In this document: piece by piece, positions 24,735 to 35,258 of the stretch
Layout: the number at the start of each line of letters is the position of its first letter
How positions within the stretch are numbered: position 1 is the first letter of the stretch
DNA from: Alphaproteobacteria bacterium
GTDB taxonomy: Bacteria; Pseudomonadota; Alphaproteobacteria; SP197
Length of the DNA: 64,000 bases
Assembly: GCA_964291265.2 (NCBI GenBank)
Contig: OZ219747.1
Coordinates: 3,808,001 to 3,872,000 of the forward strand
Direction: 5' to 3'
Position numbers and translations under genes: made by a program
Notes under the pieces: generated by a model
What the model was told of the DNA's origin: nothing
The model's database searches: none
What the model saw: the letters and a program-made list of their open reading frames with translations, nothing else

Positions 24735-25264
24735 ACCAGTGCACCGTCGCCCGGGAACCGTACCTTGCTCGACAGCGGGCAATGGACCATGTCGTTGCAT
24801 CACAACATCCGTCGCCAGAAATGGGCCCATGACACCCGCGACCATGGGGAGCCTTGACGGAATCTGCCTTGCTGAACCGGCGTTCCGGCGGCAGCGCGAC
24901 AAGCATGACGCCCTTTCCTGCTTCCGCAACCCGCGCTGCAAGAACGCGCCCCCGGACATGGCGGCCGGCGCACTCCCACGACATGGCATCGATGAGAAGC
25001 CCGAGAGCGCGGATGACGAGGAGACATGACGGACATTCGCACGTGGGGGTAGGCGTCATGCACATGGTCTCCCATTCGTGGGGGCCGAACGCTGCCTGTC
25101 ATGCGACGCAGGCCCATGAGCCGCAGATTCGAAGGTGCAGGAAGCGGAACAACGTTCCTGTCTATGCTTGAGAATCATCCACTGCGAGAGTAGCTTCTGT
25201 TTGTGATGAAGTATCGGGATGTCTGAAGGTATGGCATTCAAGTTGGCGGTGTGACTTGCAGCGC

Positions 25265-25830
25265 TCCACCTTGTGACGGCGAGGAACGGCGTCCCGTCGG
25301 TCGAACCGTTGCGTTGTCCGGGGACAGGCAGCCGACCGCCTGGGACAATGAAGCGGAAGATCATGGCGGTGATGGTCCGGCGCGAAGCGTACCGGCGACT
25401 CGACGGACGGGTGGAGATGGATGACGCGTATCGTGGCGGAGTGGGTTCTGGCGGCAAGCGGAGCGGCGGTCCCGACCCATGTCGAAGGGCGCCCGCGCAA
25501 GCCCGAGTTCGCGCAGCGCCAAACGCTGGTCGGCCCTGGCAAAGGAGGCCGTCACCAACGCCCTGCACTTCTGGAACACCCCTGACGGCCTCGCCGCAAG
25601 CCATCGGGCCAACCCGGACCGGCTCAGGCCGCCGGGCCCTCGGCAACATCAAGAACGCCATCACCGGAACCTACCGAAGCCTCCGGCCCGACCAAGCAGA
25701 ACGCTGTCTCGCCACCTTCGCATGGCGACGTAACCGACGACACCGACTCAACTCCATGATCCCACGCTTCATTCGCAGGGCCCGGCACACAACCAAACCC
25801 ATATCGACGACTCACCGCCGGATGACTTCC
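25265..25830 (+). pseudogene. IS1595-family transposase remnant
   Basis: MKRKIM..LDGRVEMDDAY.GG, LGNIKNAITGTY, FAWRRNRR; internally degraded. Confidence 0.8.
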
Positions 25831-25904
25831 AGGGACAAGTCATGGACCGGAACATCGATGAAGACTGACAACACGATCATGCGAATGACCGTTGAAAAAA
25901 GCCC

Positions 25905-27215
25905 ATGCTGACACGCATTCACATTCAGGGCTACAAGTCGCTACACGATTGCAACGTTCGTCTGAAACCGCTCACTGCACTCGTCGGAGCCAACGCTTCA
26001 GGCAAGAGCAATGTCCTCGATGCACTGCAACTGCTGTCCCGTATCGCCGTCGGCCCGACGCTCAAGGACGCCTTCGAACCACCCTACCGGGGCAAGCCCC
26101 TCGAATCGTTCACACTGGGCTGCGAGGGCCTGAAGGGCCTGCTCGCGCGCGAGCGACTTGTTTTTTCCATCGAGGCTGACCTGCATCTTTCAGACTCCGT
26201 GGTCGAGGCTGTCGAGCGCGAAATCCGGGTCTTGCGCCAGCCGGGACGGGACAGTGCCTCTGGAGACCGCAGGACCCACTCCGCACGGGTGCGCATGCGC
26301 GACCTGCGATACCGGATCGCAGTGGAAATGATACCGCGAACCGGAGCGCTGCGTGTTTGCGATGAATATCTCGCTGCATTGAATCGAAAGGGTGAACCAA
26401 CTCGCAAGCCGCGTCCGTTTCTCGAGCGGCAGGGAGACAAGGTTCATCTCCGCCACGAAGGACAGTCGCACCCTACCTATATCGACCGATTCCTGGATCG
26501 CAGCATTCTGTCGATGCCTCACTACGCGCCCCATCACCCGCATCTCGCGGCAGCACGGCGAGAACTGGAAGGCTGGCTGTTCTTCTACTTCGAGCCCCGT
26601 GAACGAATGCGGGCGGCCTCTCCCGTGAAGGAAACACGTCATATCGGCGCGATGGGAGAAGACCTGGCATCCTTCCTGAACACGCTGAAAGCAAGCGATC
26701 CGGGCCGCTTCATGGGGGTGGAAAAGGCGCTGCGCTCCCTGATTCCCTCTATGGAAGGCATCGACGTCGAGATCAGCGACATTGGCGAAGTCGAAATTCG
26801 GCTGAGGGAAAATGGCGTTGCCGTGCCTGCCCGGGTCGTGTCCGAAGGCACCTTGCGCATGTTGGGCTTGCTGGCGCTTGCCGGGGCAAACGAAACTCCG
26901 ACACTCGTCGGTTTTGAAGAGCCCGAGAACGGTATCCACCCCCAACGCATCGAACTGGTTGCCGAACTGCTGAGAACACGGCAGCTCCTGGAGCCGGCTC
27001 AGTACATCGTCACCACTCACTCACCGATCCTGCCCGATCGCTTGCCCGAGGACTCCCTCTATGCGGTGCGCCGAAGGAACGGTTGCACCTGTGTCGATCC
27101 GCTTTCAGGGTGGGGGCCTCTTTCAAGGCGCTCGAGCATTGACGATGTGTTGTCGGAGCAGGAAGACCCGCTTCCTGTTTCCGTTCGCATGATGCGCGGC
27201 GACTTTGATGCATAG
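25905..27215 (+). CDS. AAA_21/ABC-type ATPase (defence-associated)
   Basis: GANASGKSN, SEGTLRML, FEEPENGIHP, TTHSP. Confidence 0.9.
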   Translation: MLTRIHIQGYKSLHDCNVRLKPLTALVGANASGKSNVLDALQLLSRIAVGPTLKDAFEPPYRGKPLESFTLGCEGLKGLLARERLVFSIEADLHLSDSVVEAVEREIRVLRQPGRDSASGDRRTHSARVRMRDLRYRIAVEMIPRTGALRVCDEYLAALNRKGEPTRKPRPFLERQGDKVHLRHEGQSHPTYIDRFLDRSILSMPHYAPHHPHLAAARRELEGWLFFYFEPRERMRAASPVKETRHIGAMGEDLASFLNTLKASDPGRFMGVEKALRSLIPSMEGIDVEISDIGEVEIRLRENGVAVPARVVSEGTLRMLGLLALAGANETPTLVGFEEPENGIHPQRIELVAELLRTRQLLEPAQYIVTTHSPILPDRLPEDSLYAVRRRNGCTCVDPLSGWGPLSRRSSIDDVLSEQEDPLPVSVRMMRGDFDA

Positions 27216-27784
27216 AAGCTCTTTTCGGAGAGGATTATGCCCATAGGGCAGTCGTCGACGCACTCGTTCTTCGACTTGCGGAGGAAGCTGGCGTTGATGT
27301 CGAGCTTGACTGGCGCAATGCAACCGGAGGCCGACCACGGCTCATCGGGGAGTTCCGGAGATTTCTGCACGATCTGCAGCGGCAGGGTGGCCCCAGACCC
27401 GATGTCGTCATTGTAGCGACCGATGCGAATTGCGCGGGCCTTCGCCATCGCGACCGCGAGATCCCCACGAACGGCATCACATGCCCCGTTGTGAAGGCCA
27501 TTCCGGACCCGCATGTCGAACGCTGGTTGCTTCTGGACGGTGCAGCTTTCAAGGCAGTCTTCGGCGCAGGGTGTGATGCACCTGACATGAAGTGCGCACG
27601 CGACCGCTACAAGGAGAGGCTTGCGCGGGCGATTCAGAAAGCCGGAGGAATTCCAAATCTCGGCGGCATCGAACATGCAGCAGACATTGTCCGGGAGCTG
27701 GACCCCGTACGCGCAGGACAGGCTGACATGTCTTTTGGGCGTTTCATTCGCGATCTGCGCAGTGTATTCGGCAATTGGCACTGA
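27208..27784 (+). pseudogene. DUF4276-like (TOPRIM-related) partner protein with a frameshift at the N-terminus
   Basis: ATG 27208 frame stops after 12 codons; the adjacent frame reads ALFGED..VVIVATDANC..IPDPHVERWLLLD to 27784. Confidence 0.7.
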
Positions 27785-28088
27785 AGGACGCGGTTGAATT
27801 GCGTGACGGATGACAAGCCGGAACAGTAAAGGGGCTTGGCCGGACCCGGGGGCCGGTTGTCTCTCGGTCGCCCCGCCGCCTTCTCCGGTGCGGCCCGTTC
27901 CGTCTCCCCGATCCCTTCGTGCGCGTCGATGCACTCGCCGGTGACGGTCTTGGCCGGGCCCTTGGCTTGGGCCGCGCCTGGCTCGTCTCGATGCAGAGGC
28001 TTTTCTGCGTGATGAGATGCCGGTGGCAGGCCGAAGAAACCCGGGTGTTCGTTGATCTCGCGCCGGGATGCGGGACCCTGTGCGCCAG

Positions 28089-29012
28089 TCACGGCGGCAC
28101 CCCGTTGTCGAGGAGGTCGGCGAGGTGGGCGTGGCAGACATCGCCGAAGGCGCGGCTCATGCCTGTGGACCGGGCTTGTTTCAGTCTTGCCAGGCCCATG
28201 TGCATCGTGCGGCGGGGCTCGCTCACCGGCACGCAGACGAGGCCGGAGCCGTCCAGGGTCCGATCGTGCGGCGCCCTGGTATGGAGAAGTCCATACCCGT
28301 AGCCGTTGGCGACGAGACCCCGCACCATCTCGAAGGACCGCGTCTCGTAGGCGATGTCGGGTTCCAGTCCGACTTCCGCAAAGAGCGAGAGAAAGTGCCC
28401 GCGGCTGTCGGGCAGACCGAGGAGAACCAGGGGTTCGCCCTCGAGGTCGCGCAGACCGAGCTCCGGCGCCGACGCCAGGCGATGGTCCGCCGGCAGGGCG
28501 GCGTAGAGCGGTACCGGGACCACGGGTTCGAAGGCGATGTCCTTCTCGAGGTTGAGATCGTAGGTGAGCGCCACCTCGAACCGGCCGTTCCGCAGGCCAT
28601 GCTGCAGAGCCCGCAGGTCGTCCTCGTGGGGCCTGATGCGGATCAGGGGCCGTGTCGCCGCCAGGACGCGCAGGAGTCCCGGAAGCACGATGGGAGCGAA
28701 GGTCACGAAACAGCCGACATCGAGGTCACCGGAAAGGCCCTCACCAAGTCCGCTGGCCTCCTCGGCGAGTTCACCTGCCTGGAGGAGAAGGGCCTGGGCC
28801 GCCGCATGCAGGCGCCGGCCGGCCGGCGTGAGTGCAAGACCCCGGGCGTGCTGCCTGACAAAGAGCTGGACTCCGAGTACGTCCTCGAGGTGAGCGACCG
28901 CGGCCGACACCGAAGGCTGTGAGACCGCGCAACGCTCGGCGGCCCCCGACACACTGCCGGATTCGGCGGCAGCGGTGAAGTAGCGCAGCTGTTTCAGCGT
29001 GTAGCGTATCAA
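28089..29012 (-). CDS. LysR family transcriptional regulator
   Basis: TLKQLRYF..SQPSVSAAVAHLE HTH; LysR substrate-binding domain. Confidence 0.95.
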   Translation of the reverse strand: MIRYTLKQLRYFTAAAESGSVSGAAERCAVSQPSVSAAVAHLEDVLGVQLFVRQHARGLALTPAGRRLHAAAQALLLQAGELAEEASGLGEGLSGDLDVGCFVTFAPIVLPGLLRVLAATRPLIRIRPHEDDLRALQHGLRNGRFEVALTYDLNLEKDIAFEPVVPVPLYAALPADHRLASAPELGLRDLEGEPLVLLGLPDSRGHFLSLFAEVGLEPDIAYETRSFEMVRGLVANGYGYGLLHTRAPHDRTLDGSGLVCVPVSEPRRTMHMGLARLKQARSTGMSRAFGDVCHAHLADLLDNGVPP

Positions 29013-29014
29013 GT

Positions 29015-29041
29015 TTTTCTATGCAGTAAGTCGATAGAAAA
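29015..29041. promoter_or_regulatory. LysR binding box (T-N11-A dyad)
   Basis: TTTTCTAT-N11-ATAGAAAA inverted repeat between divergent lysR and the hpaB-like gene. Confidence 0.7.
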
Positions 29042-29106
29042 TGTTTTGCTGGAACCCGTGACCCTGTCAACCTCTTCCTCGCCTGAGCACGGGAAGGACA
29101 TGCCAG

Positions 29107-30555
29107 ATGCTGATGACCGCCACAGAGTACCGCGACTCCTTGCGTGATGGACGCGAGGTCTACATCTCGGGCGAACGGGTTGACAGTGTTCCCGACCACC
29201 CGGCCTTCCGGCCCATCGTCGACGTCCGGGCGCGGGTCTACGACATGGCCCACGAAGAGCGGTTCAGGGAGACCCTCACCTTCGAGGAGAATGGCGAGAC
29301 CTTCGCCACCGCCTGGCAGCCCCCCTTCACACGCGAGGACTGGCAGACCAAGCGCGATTGGGTCGAACTGGTGATGAAGGAGATCGGCGGTGTCGTGACC
29401 CGCATCGGTGACGAGACCGTCGGTGAACTGTGGTCCCTCGCCGACGGCAAGGATGTCCTCAACCAGGTCGACAGCTCCTGGGCCGAGAACATCGACCGCC
29501 ACATCGCCAATGTCCTCGGCAACGACATCTTCCACGTCTCGGCCAATACCGATCCCAAGGGAGACCGCTCCAAGGCGCCGCAGGACCAGGATCCCGACAT
29601 GCTGCTCCACGTGGTGAAGGAGACCGACTCCGGCATCGTCGTCAGGGGCGCCAAGTACGAGACGGCGGCAGCCTACGCCCACCAGGCCTTCGTCAAGCCG
29701 ACCATCGCCAACTGGGGCGACGCGACACTCTCGGACTACGCGCTCGGCTTCATCTGTCCGATGAACGCGCCGAACCTCAAGCACATCTGCCGCAGCGGTT
29801 TCGCAGGCGTCAAGCCGCCCGCCGACTATCCGCTGTCCAACGGTTTCGACGAGGTCGACACCCTGCTCGTCTTCGACGATGTCCTGGTGCCCTGGGAGAA
29901 CATCCTGTTCTACCGCCACACGCAGGCGGCGGCTTACATCCGCGCCGCCCTGCACCGCTACAGCGCCTACATGTTCGTGCTACGCATCCTGCACATGGCG
30001 GACCTGATGATCGGCACCGCTCTCTTCAACGTCAGGCAGACGGGCCTCGACCGCCAGCAGGCCGTGATGGAGAAGCTCTCCCAGCTTGCCTGCTATCGCG
30101 AGGGCATCAATGCCCACCTGACGGCGGCGATCACCGAAGCGCGGCGCAGCCCGGCCGGCTACCTGATGCCCGATCCCTCGCTGCTCTTCACCGGACGCGT
30201 GCTGGCCTGCACGCAACTGCCGGCCATGATGCATCTCACCCGCGAACTGTGTGGCGGACAGATCTGTGTCACGCCCGACAGCCCGGCCTTCACTGCGCCG
30301 GAGACCAGGGCATGGATGGACAAGTACTACAACGTGAACGATAACTGGCAGGCCGAGGATCGGCGGCGCCTGCTCGCCTTCGGACGCGACCTTGTCAACT
30401 CCGACTATGCCGGCCACAAGGTGACATTCCAGCTGTTTGCCCAGTCACCGCCCTTCGCCCACCTGGCCGCGGTCCACCGGAACTTTGACTTCGACGGACC
30501 GCTGGAGTTCGTGAAGTCCGCCGCCGGACTTTCCGACAGGGTCATGTCACGATAG
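29107..30555 (+). CDS. 4-hydroxyphenylacetate 3-hydroxylase family flavin monooxygenase (HpaB-like)
   Basis: YRDSLRDGREVYISGERV, TDPKGDRS, GIVVRGAK, FDEVDTLLVFDDVLVPWE. Confidence 0.9.
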   Translation: MLMTATEYRDSLRDGREVYISGERVDSVPDHPAFRPIVDVRARVYDMAHEERFRETLTFEENGETFATAWQPPFTREDWQTKRDWVELVMKEIGGVVTRIGDETVGELWSLADGKDVLNQVDSSWAENIDRHIANVLGNDIFHVSANTDPKGDRSKAPQDQDPDMLLHVVKETDSGIVVRGAKYETAAAYAHQAFVKPTIANWGDATLSDYALGFICPMNAPNLKHICRSGFAGVKPPADYPLSNGFDEVDTLLVFDDVLVPWENILFYRHTQAAAYIRAALHRYSAYMFVLRILHMADLMIGTALFNVRQTGLDRQQAVMEKLSQLACYREGINAHLTAAITEARRSPAGYLMPDPSLLFTGRVLACTQLPAMMHLTRELCGGQICVTPDSPAFTAPETRAWMDKYYNVNDNWQAEDRRRLLAFGRDLVNSDYAGHKVTFQLFAQSPPFAHLAAVHRNFDFDGPLEFVKSAAGLSDRVMSR

Positions 30556-30585
30556 AGCGAAGCGGCACAGGCACCAGGAGGCGTC

Positions 30586-31002
30586 ATGGCACACCAGCGT
30601 TTCAGAACCTTCAACACCCGGGACATGTATCCGGACCAGGCGCTCGACAACGATCTCTGCATGGTCGTGAGAGCCGGCAACCACGTCTTCATGCGGGGGC
30701 AGACCGGCTTTGATCTCGATGGCAGTTTCCATGGCGTGGGCGATCCGGCCGCCCAGGCCGAGATGGCGATGTCCTGCGTCAAGCGCCTGCTCGAGGAGGC
30801 CGGCAGCCAGCTCGACCACATCTGCAAGATCACCATCTACCTGACGGATCCGCGTCACCGGGAACCCGTCTACAATGTCATCGGACGCTGGCTCAAGGGC
30901 GTCCATCCGGTGTCGACGGGCCTTGTCGTGCAGGCCCTGGCCAAGCCTGAGATGCTGATGGAGATCGATGTCGACGCGGTCATCCCGGAGGAAGGTCCGT
31001 GA
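30586..31002 (+). CDS. RidA/YjgF family protein
   Basis: VFMRGQTG, AQAEMAM, PVSTGLVV..LMEIDVDAV. Confidence 0.9.
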   Translation: MAHQRFRTFNTRDMYPDQALDNDLCMVVRAGNHVFMRGQTGFDLDGSFHGVGDPAAQAEMAMSCVKRLLEEAGSQLDHICKITIYLTDPRHREPVYNVIGRWLKGVHPVSTGLVVQALAKPEMLMEIDVDAVIPEEGP

Positions 31003-31673
31003 CGTTTTCCCTGACCGCCCGCTGCCGCAAGACCGGCATGTTCGGGGTGGTGGTCACCTCGTCGAGTCCGGCCGTTGCCGCCCGCTGCGCCTGGGTGCGC
31101 GGCCATGTCGGGGCCGTGGCCAGCCAGAACATCACCGACCCGGGCCTGGGCCTCATGGGCCTCGATCTCCTGGCCCGGGGATACGGTGCGGCACGGGCCA
31201 TGACGATCCTCGTCGAGGCAAGGGCCTGGTCTGAATACCGCCAGCTCGCCATCATCGACGCCCTGGGGCACACCGCCCATCACTCGGGCTCGGGCACCCT
31301 TGGGACCCATGCGGTCGTCGAGGGCGACAATGCGATTGCCGCCGGCAACCTGCTCGCCAACACTGACGTTCCCGCAGCCATGGTGCGCGCCTTCGAGACC
31401 GCCTGGGACGTCCCCTTCGCGGAACGCCTGCTCGCCGGTCTCGAGGCAGGGCTGGAAGCTGGTGGCGAAATGGGTTCGGTGCGTTCGGTGGGCATCAAGG
31501 TCTGCCACCGGCACGAGTGGCCGGTGTGCGACCTCAGGGTCGACTGGCACGATGAACCCGTCGCCGAGCTCAGGCGCGTGTGGGACGTCTTCGGCCCCCA
31601 GATGGACGACTACGTCAACCGGGCGCTCGACCCCGGGAACACGCCAAGCTACGGGGTGCCCGGCGATCCCTGA
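30999..31673 (+). CDS. DUF1028 family (Ntn-hydrolase-like) protein
   Basis: MTFSLTARC..GMFGV..SSSPAV, GAVASQ, AGNLL, GLEAGGE, DLRVDWH. Confidence 0.88.
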   Translation: MTFSLTARCRKTGMFGVVVTSSSPAVAARCAWVRGHVGAVASQNITDPGLGLMGLDLLARGYGAARAMTILVEARAWSEYRQLAIIDALGHTAHHSGSGTLGTHAVVEGDNAIAAGNLLANTDVPAAMVRAFETAWDVPFAERLLAGLEAGLEAGGEMGSVRSVGIKVCHRHEWPVCDLRVDWHDEPVAELRRVWDVFGPQMDDYVNRALDPGNTPSYGVPGDP

Positions 31674-31694
31674 GCGAACCGCCGGGCCTTCATC

Positions 31695-33095
31695 TCAACC
31701 CTTCCAGTGTCCCTCGCGCACGAGGTCGTCTTGGGTCGCCAGGATGGCGCCCCTGAGGACATGGACAAACTCGTCGATCTGCGCCTCCGTCATGATGAGT
31801 GGCGGCGAGATGACATTGAGATGGCCGAGAGGACGGACGATGATCCCGTTCGCCTGGGCGTGTTCGGCAATGCGCTCACCGACATTGACGTCCGCAGGCA
31901 GCAGCTCCTTGGTCTCCTTGTCGGCGACGTTCTCGACACCCAGCATGAAGCACTTGCCGCGGGTTTCGCCCACCAGTGGCAGGTCGTTGAGTTCGGCGAG
32001 GCGTCTCTCGAAGTAGGGACCGACCTTGCGCACGTGGCCAGGAATGTCCTCGCGCTCCATGATCTCGATGTTCTTCAGTCCGGCAACGCAACACACCGGA
32101 TGGCCCGAATAGGTAAAGCCGGTGGTAAAGAGCGCTCCGTCGGCCTGCGGCGTGGAGAGGACATCGTAGACCTCCTGGGACACGATGGTCGCCGACAACG
32201 GCTGATAGCCCGAACTGATGCCCTTGGCCGACGTGATCATGTCCGGAACGATCCCGAAGACCTCCTCTGAGGCAAAGAAGTGACCGAGCCGACCGAATCC
32301 GGTCACCACCTCGTCCGAGATGTAGAGGATCTCATGGGTCTTGCAGACTTCGAACATGCGCTTGTGATACCCCTCCGGAGGGACGATCACGCCACCTGCG
32401 CCCATGATGGGTTCGGCGATGAAGGCGCCGATGTTCTCGGCGCCGACGTCCTCGATGCGCTTGCAAAAGTCCTCGATCAGCCAGTCGCAGAATTCAGCCT
32501 CGGTCATGCCCTGCGGGCGCCTGTAGGTGTACGGGCAAGCGACATGCACCACCATCTCGTCGGCCTGATCGAAGCCGATCTTGTCGTAGGCGATGCCGGT
32601 GAGAGCTGCCGCCATGTAGGTCATGCCATGGTAGGCATCGATCCTGGAGACAATCTTCTTCTTGCCGGGGCGGCCGAGATTGTTCCAGTAGAAGTGGACA
32701 AAACGCACAGCCGTGTCGTTGGCCATGGAACCGCCCGTGCCGAAGAACATGTGATCGAGGGTTCCCGGCGTCAGGGAAGCGATCTTGGCGCCGAGAAGGC
32801 CCGCCGGCGGGGTCGAGAGATGGTGAAACGGCGAATAGTAGGGAATGGCGCGGACCTGTTCGGCAATCGCCTCGGCCATCTCCTCGCGGCCATAGCCGAT
32901 GTTGACGCACCACAGTCCGCCGATACCGTCGATGAACCGGTTGCCGTGGCTGTCGTAGACATGGATTCCGTCGGCCTCGGCCATGATCTCGGAACCCTTG
33001 TCGTCCCACCGGGAGAAATCCGTCCACGGATGAATGACGTGGTCGTGGTCCTTCTGCCACAGTTCATTGGCGTCGTACCTGGTGTTCCTCAGCAT
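31695..33095 (-). CDS. Class III aminotransferase (omega-amine/polyamine transaminase-like)
   Basis: DGIGGLWC, FIAEPIMGAGG, DEVVTGFGR, SAKGISSGY. Confidence 0.92.
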   Translation of the reverse strand: MLRNTRYDANELWQKDHDHVIHPWTDFSRWDDKGSEIMAEADGIHVYDSHGNRFIDGIGGLWCVNIGYGREEMAEAIAEQVRAIPYYSPFHHLSTPPAGLLGAKIASLTPGTLDHMFFGTGGSMANDTAVRFVHFYWNNLGRPGKKKIVSRIDAYHGMTYMAAALTGIAYDKIGFDQADEMVVHVACPYTYRRPQGMTEAEFCDWLIEDFCKRIEDVGAENIGAFIAEPIMGAGGVIVPPEGYHKRMFEVCKTHEILYISDEVVTGFGRLGHFFASEEVFGIVPDMITSAKGISSGYQPLSATIVSQEVYDVLSTPQADGALFTTGFTYSGHPVCCVAGLKNIEIMEREDIPGHVRKVGPYFERRLAELNDLPLVGETRGKCFMLGVENVADKETKELLPADVNVGERIAEHAQANGIIVRPLGHLNVISPPLIMTEAQIDEFVHVLRGAILATQDDLVREGHWKG

Positions 33096-33195
33096 GGTGT
33101 CCTTCCTTTACCGATCGGGAGCCGTCGTTGGCGCACCTTCTCAGTTGTAGACCAATCGGCGTTGTCGGGAAAGCCGCGGTACCAGCGGATCATCG

Positions 33196-34578
33196 TCACA
33201 TGACGCTCTCCTGGAAGATGCGCAGGCGGTTGCGGAACCGGGCGACGAGGAGCAGCGACGCACCCGTGGTGGCAACAGCGAGACCGGCCCAGATTCCCTC
33301 GCCTTCCCAACCGAACCAGAATCCGAAGGCAGCGGCACAGGGAAGACCGAGACCCCAGTTGGTGGCAACGCTGTAGGCCATGGGGACCGCGGTGTCCTTC
33401 AGTCCCTGCAGCGCGCCGCGTGCGGTGATCTGCACGGCATCGCTCAGCATGAAGACGGCGGCCACGCTCAGCAGGCTCGCGGCAAGGCCCAGGGCTTCGA
33501 CGTTGGCGGGATCAGCGGCGTCGAGAATGAGCGACGACAGTTCGGTTCCGAAGAACCAGAAGGCGATGACAGGCGCCAGGACCGTGATTCCCGAAAGCAC
33601 CACCGTCATCCAGCCGGAACGGGCCGACAGCTGCGGGCTGCCGGCACCGGCGCCGTGGCCGACACGCACCGCCGCTGCCTGGGCGAAGCCGACCGGAATC
33701 ATGAAGACAAAGGCATAGCACTGGGCCGTCACCGCGTGGGCGGCGAGCATCTGCGTTGATATCAGACCCATCATGATCGTGGTGACAAAGAAAAGTCCCA
33801 TCTCGCCGATTTCCGTGACGGCGATCGGCCCGCCGAGGAAGGCGACTTCCTTCATCACGCGGCGGTCGAGGCGCCAGAAGCAGCCCAGCAGGCGGTAACG
33901 GCGCAGACGCCGGTCGGCATGCACGAACCAGAGAAGGGCGCCGAACATCGCCCAGTTGACGACGACACTGGCAACGCCCGCGCCCACCAGGCCAAGTTCG
34001 GGGGCGCCGAGCTTGCCGAACATGAAGGCGTAGTCGAGAAGGGCGTTGAGGGCGATGGCATGGACCGTGACCACGACGATCGCCCTGGGCCTGGCATGGG
34101 CGGCAAGGAATTCACTCAAGACAACGAACCACAGGGAAGGCAGCAAACCCCAGACCATGACCCGCAGATAGGACTCGCCCAGGGCGGTGATGACCGGATC
34201 CTGGCCAAACAGGACGAGGGTCGGCGAGGCATGCCAGGCAAGGGTCGCAACGATTGCCGCAAGGGGCAGGCACAACCAGGACGCGTTGCGCACCACCGGG
34301 CGGATCGCTTGGTAACGGCGAGCCCCCAAGTGCTGGGCCATGATCGGGGTCGCCCCTGTGAGCACCCCGATCGCGAACGCCACCATGACCCAGTAGAAGT
34401 CCCGCGCCAGGGAACCGGCAGCGATGGTCTCGGTGCCGATGCGTCCCATCATGATGACGTCCGTCGCCATGATCGCCATGTGCGCGAGGTGCGTCAGGAT
34501 GAGCGGAACCGCAAGACGCACGATGGCTTCCGCCTCGCGCCAGCTGGAAGCGATTCTCTCAGGCGAGTGTATCGTCAT
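33196..34578 (-). CDS. MATE family efflux transporter
   Basis: TDVIMMGRIG, GAPELGLVGAG, GALQGLKDT; multiple TM segments. Confidence 0.92.
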   Translation of the reverse strand: MTIHSPERIASSWREAEAIVRLAVPLILTHLAHMAIMATDVIMMGRIGTETIAAGSLARDFYWVMVAFAIGVLTGATPIMAQHLGARRYQAIRPVVRNASWLCLPLAAIVATLAWHASPTLVLFGQDPVITALGESYLRVMVWGLLPSLWFVVLSEFLAAHARPRAIVVVTVHAIALNALLDYAFMFGKLGAPELGLVGAGVASVVVNWAMFGALLWFVHADRRLRRYRLLGCFWRLDRRVMKEVAFLGGPIAVTEIGEMGLFFVTTIMMGLISTQMLAAHAVTAQCYAFVFMIPVGFAQAAAVRVGHGAGAGSPQLSARSGWMTVVLSGITVLAPVIAFWFFGTELSSLILDAADPANVEALGLAASLLSVAAVFMLSDAVQITARGALQGLKDTAVPMAYSVATNWGLGLPCAAAFGFWFGWEGEGIWAGLAVATTGASLLLVARFRNRLRIFQESVM

Positions 34579-35134
34579 CGCGTGACCGTCGTTGCCTCAT
34601 CAGAACGTCTTCACCCTCGAGCCACGCCAGATCCTCCCCGGTCCGGGCGATGTCGCGGTCGAGCCATGCCAGGAATCCGGGGTCCTCGCCTTCCATGTGG
34701 CGGCGCAGATTGACAAGGCGCGCCCTCTCGCTCCTCAGGGTATCGCTCAGCACCTCGGCCAGCCGCCCCTGTCCCGTTGCATCGAGGAGGCGAAAGAAGC
34801 GAATCTTGAGAGCCACCATGAGCCTCGAAGAGGCACTGGAAACTCTCACCGGAGCGAGCATGAGGCGTTCGAGTTCCTCGCGCCCCCCGGGCATCAACGT
34901 CACCTGGGCACTGCCTGGATCCTCGCTCTCGCCCCCGATTTCGACCAGACCTTCAAACCGCAGGAGTTCGATGGAGGACGACATGACATCGACGGGTGAC
35001 GCACCGTAACTCGTGGCAAACAGGCGCACCATGGTGGCAAGGGTGGCGTAGTCCGTCGGACCCCTGCTGGCGAGGATTCCCAGAGCCGCGAGACGCAGGC
35101 CTTCAACGGGAATCAGGACGCGGTCGCGCTGCAT
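34559..35134 (-). CDS. Conserved hypothetical protein, possible winged-helix (PadR-like)
   Basis: LRLAALGILA..IELLRFEGLV..GREELERL..ALKIRF; overlaps the MATE start. Confidence 0.65.
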   Translation of the reverse strand: MQRDRVLIPVEGLRLAALGILASRGPTDYATLATMVRLFATSYGASPVDVMSSSIELLRFEGLVEIGGESEDPGSAQVTLMPGGREELERLMLAPVRVSSASSRLMVALKIRFFRLLDATGQGRLAEVLSDTLRSERARLVNLRRHMEGEDPGFLAWLDRDIARTGEDLAWLEGEDVLMRQRRSRDDDTLA

Positions 35135-35258
35135 GGGACGATTCATAGGCCAGCGATGAACGTGTCTCAACGCTCCACGAGGACGAGCCGGGGACTTGAC
35201 GCCCGTTGCAAGGCATTGGACAAGGCCCTCGCCAGGTCAAGCAATGGGAGCAGGACTC

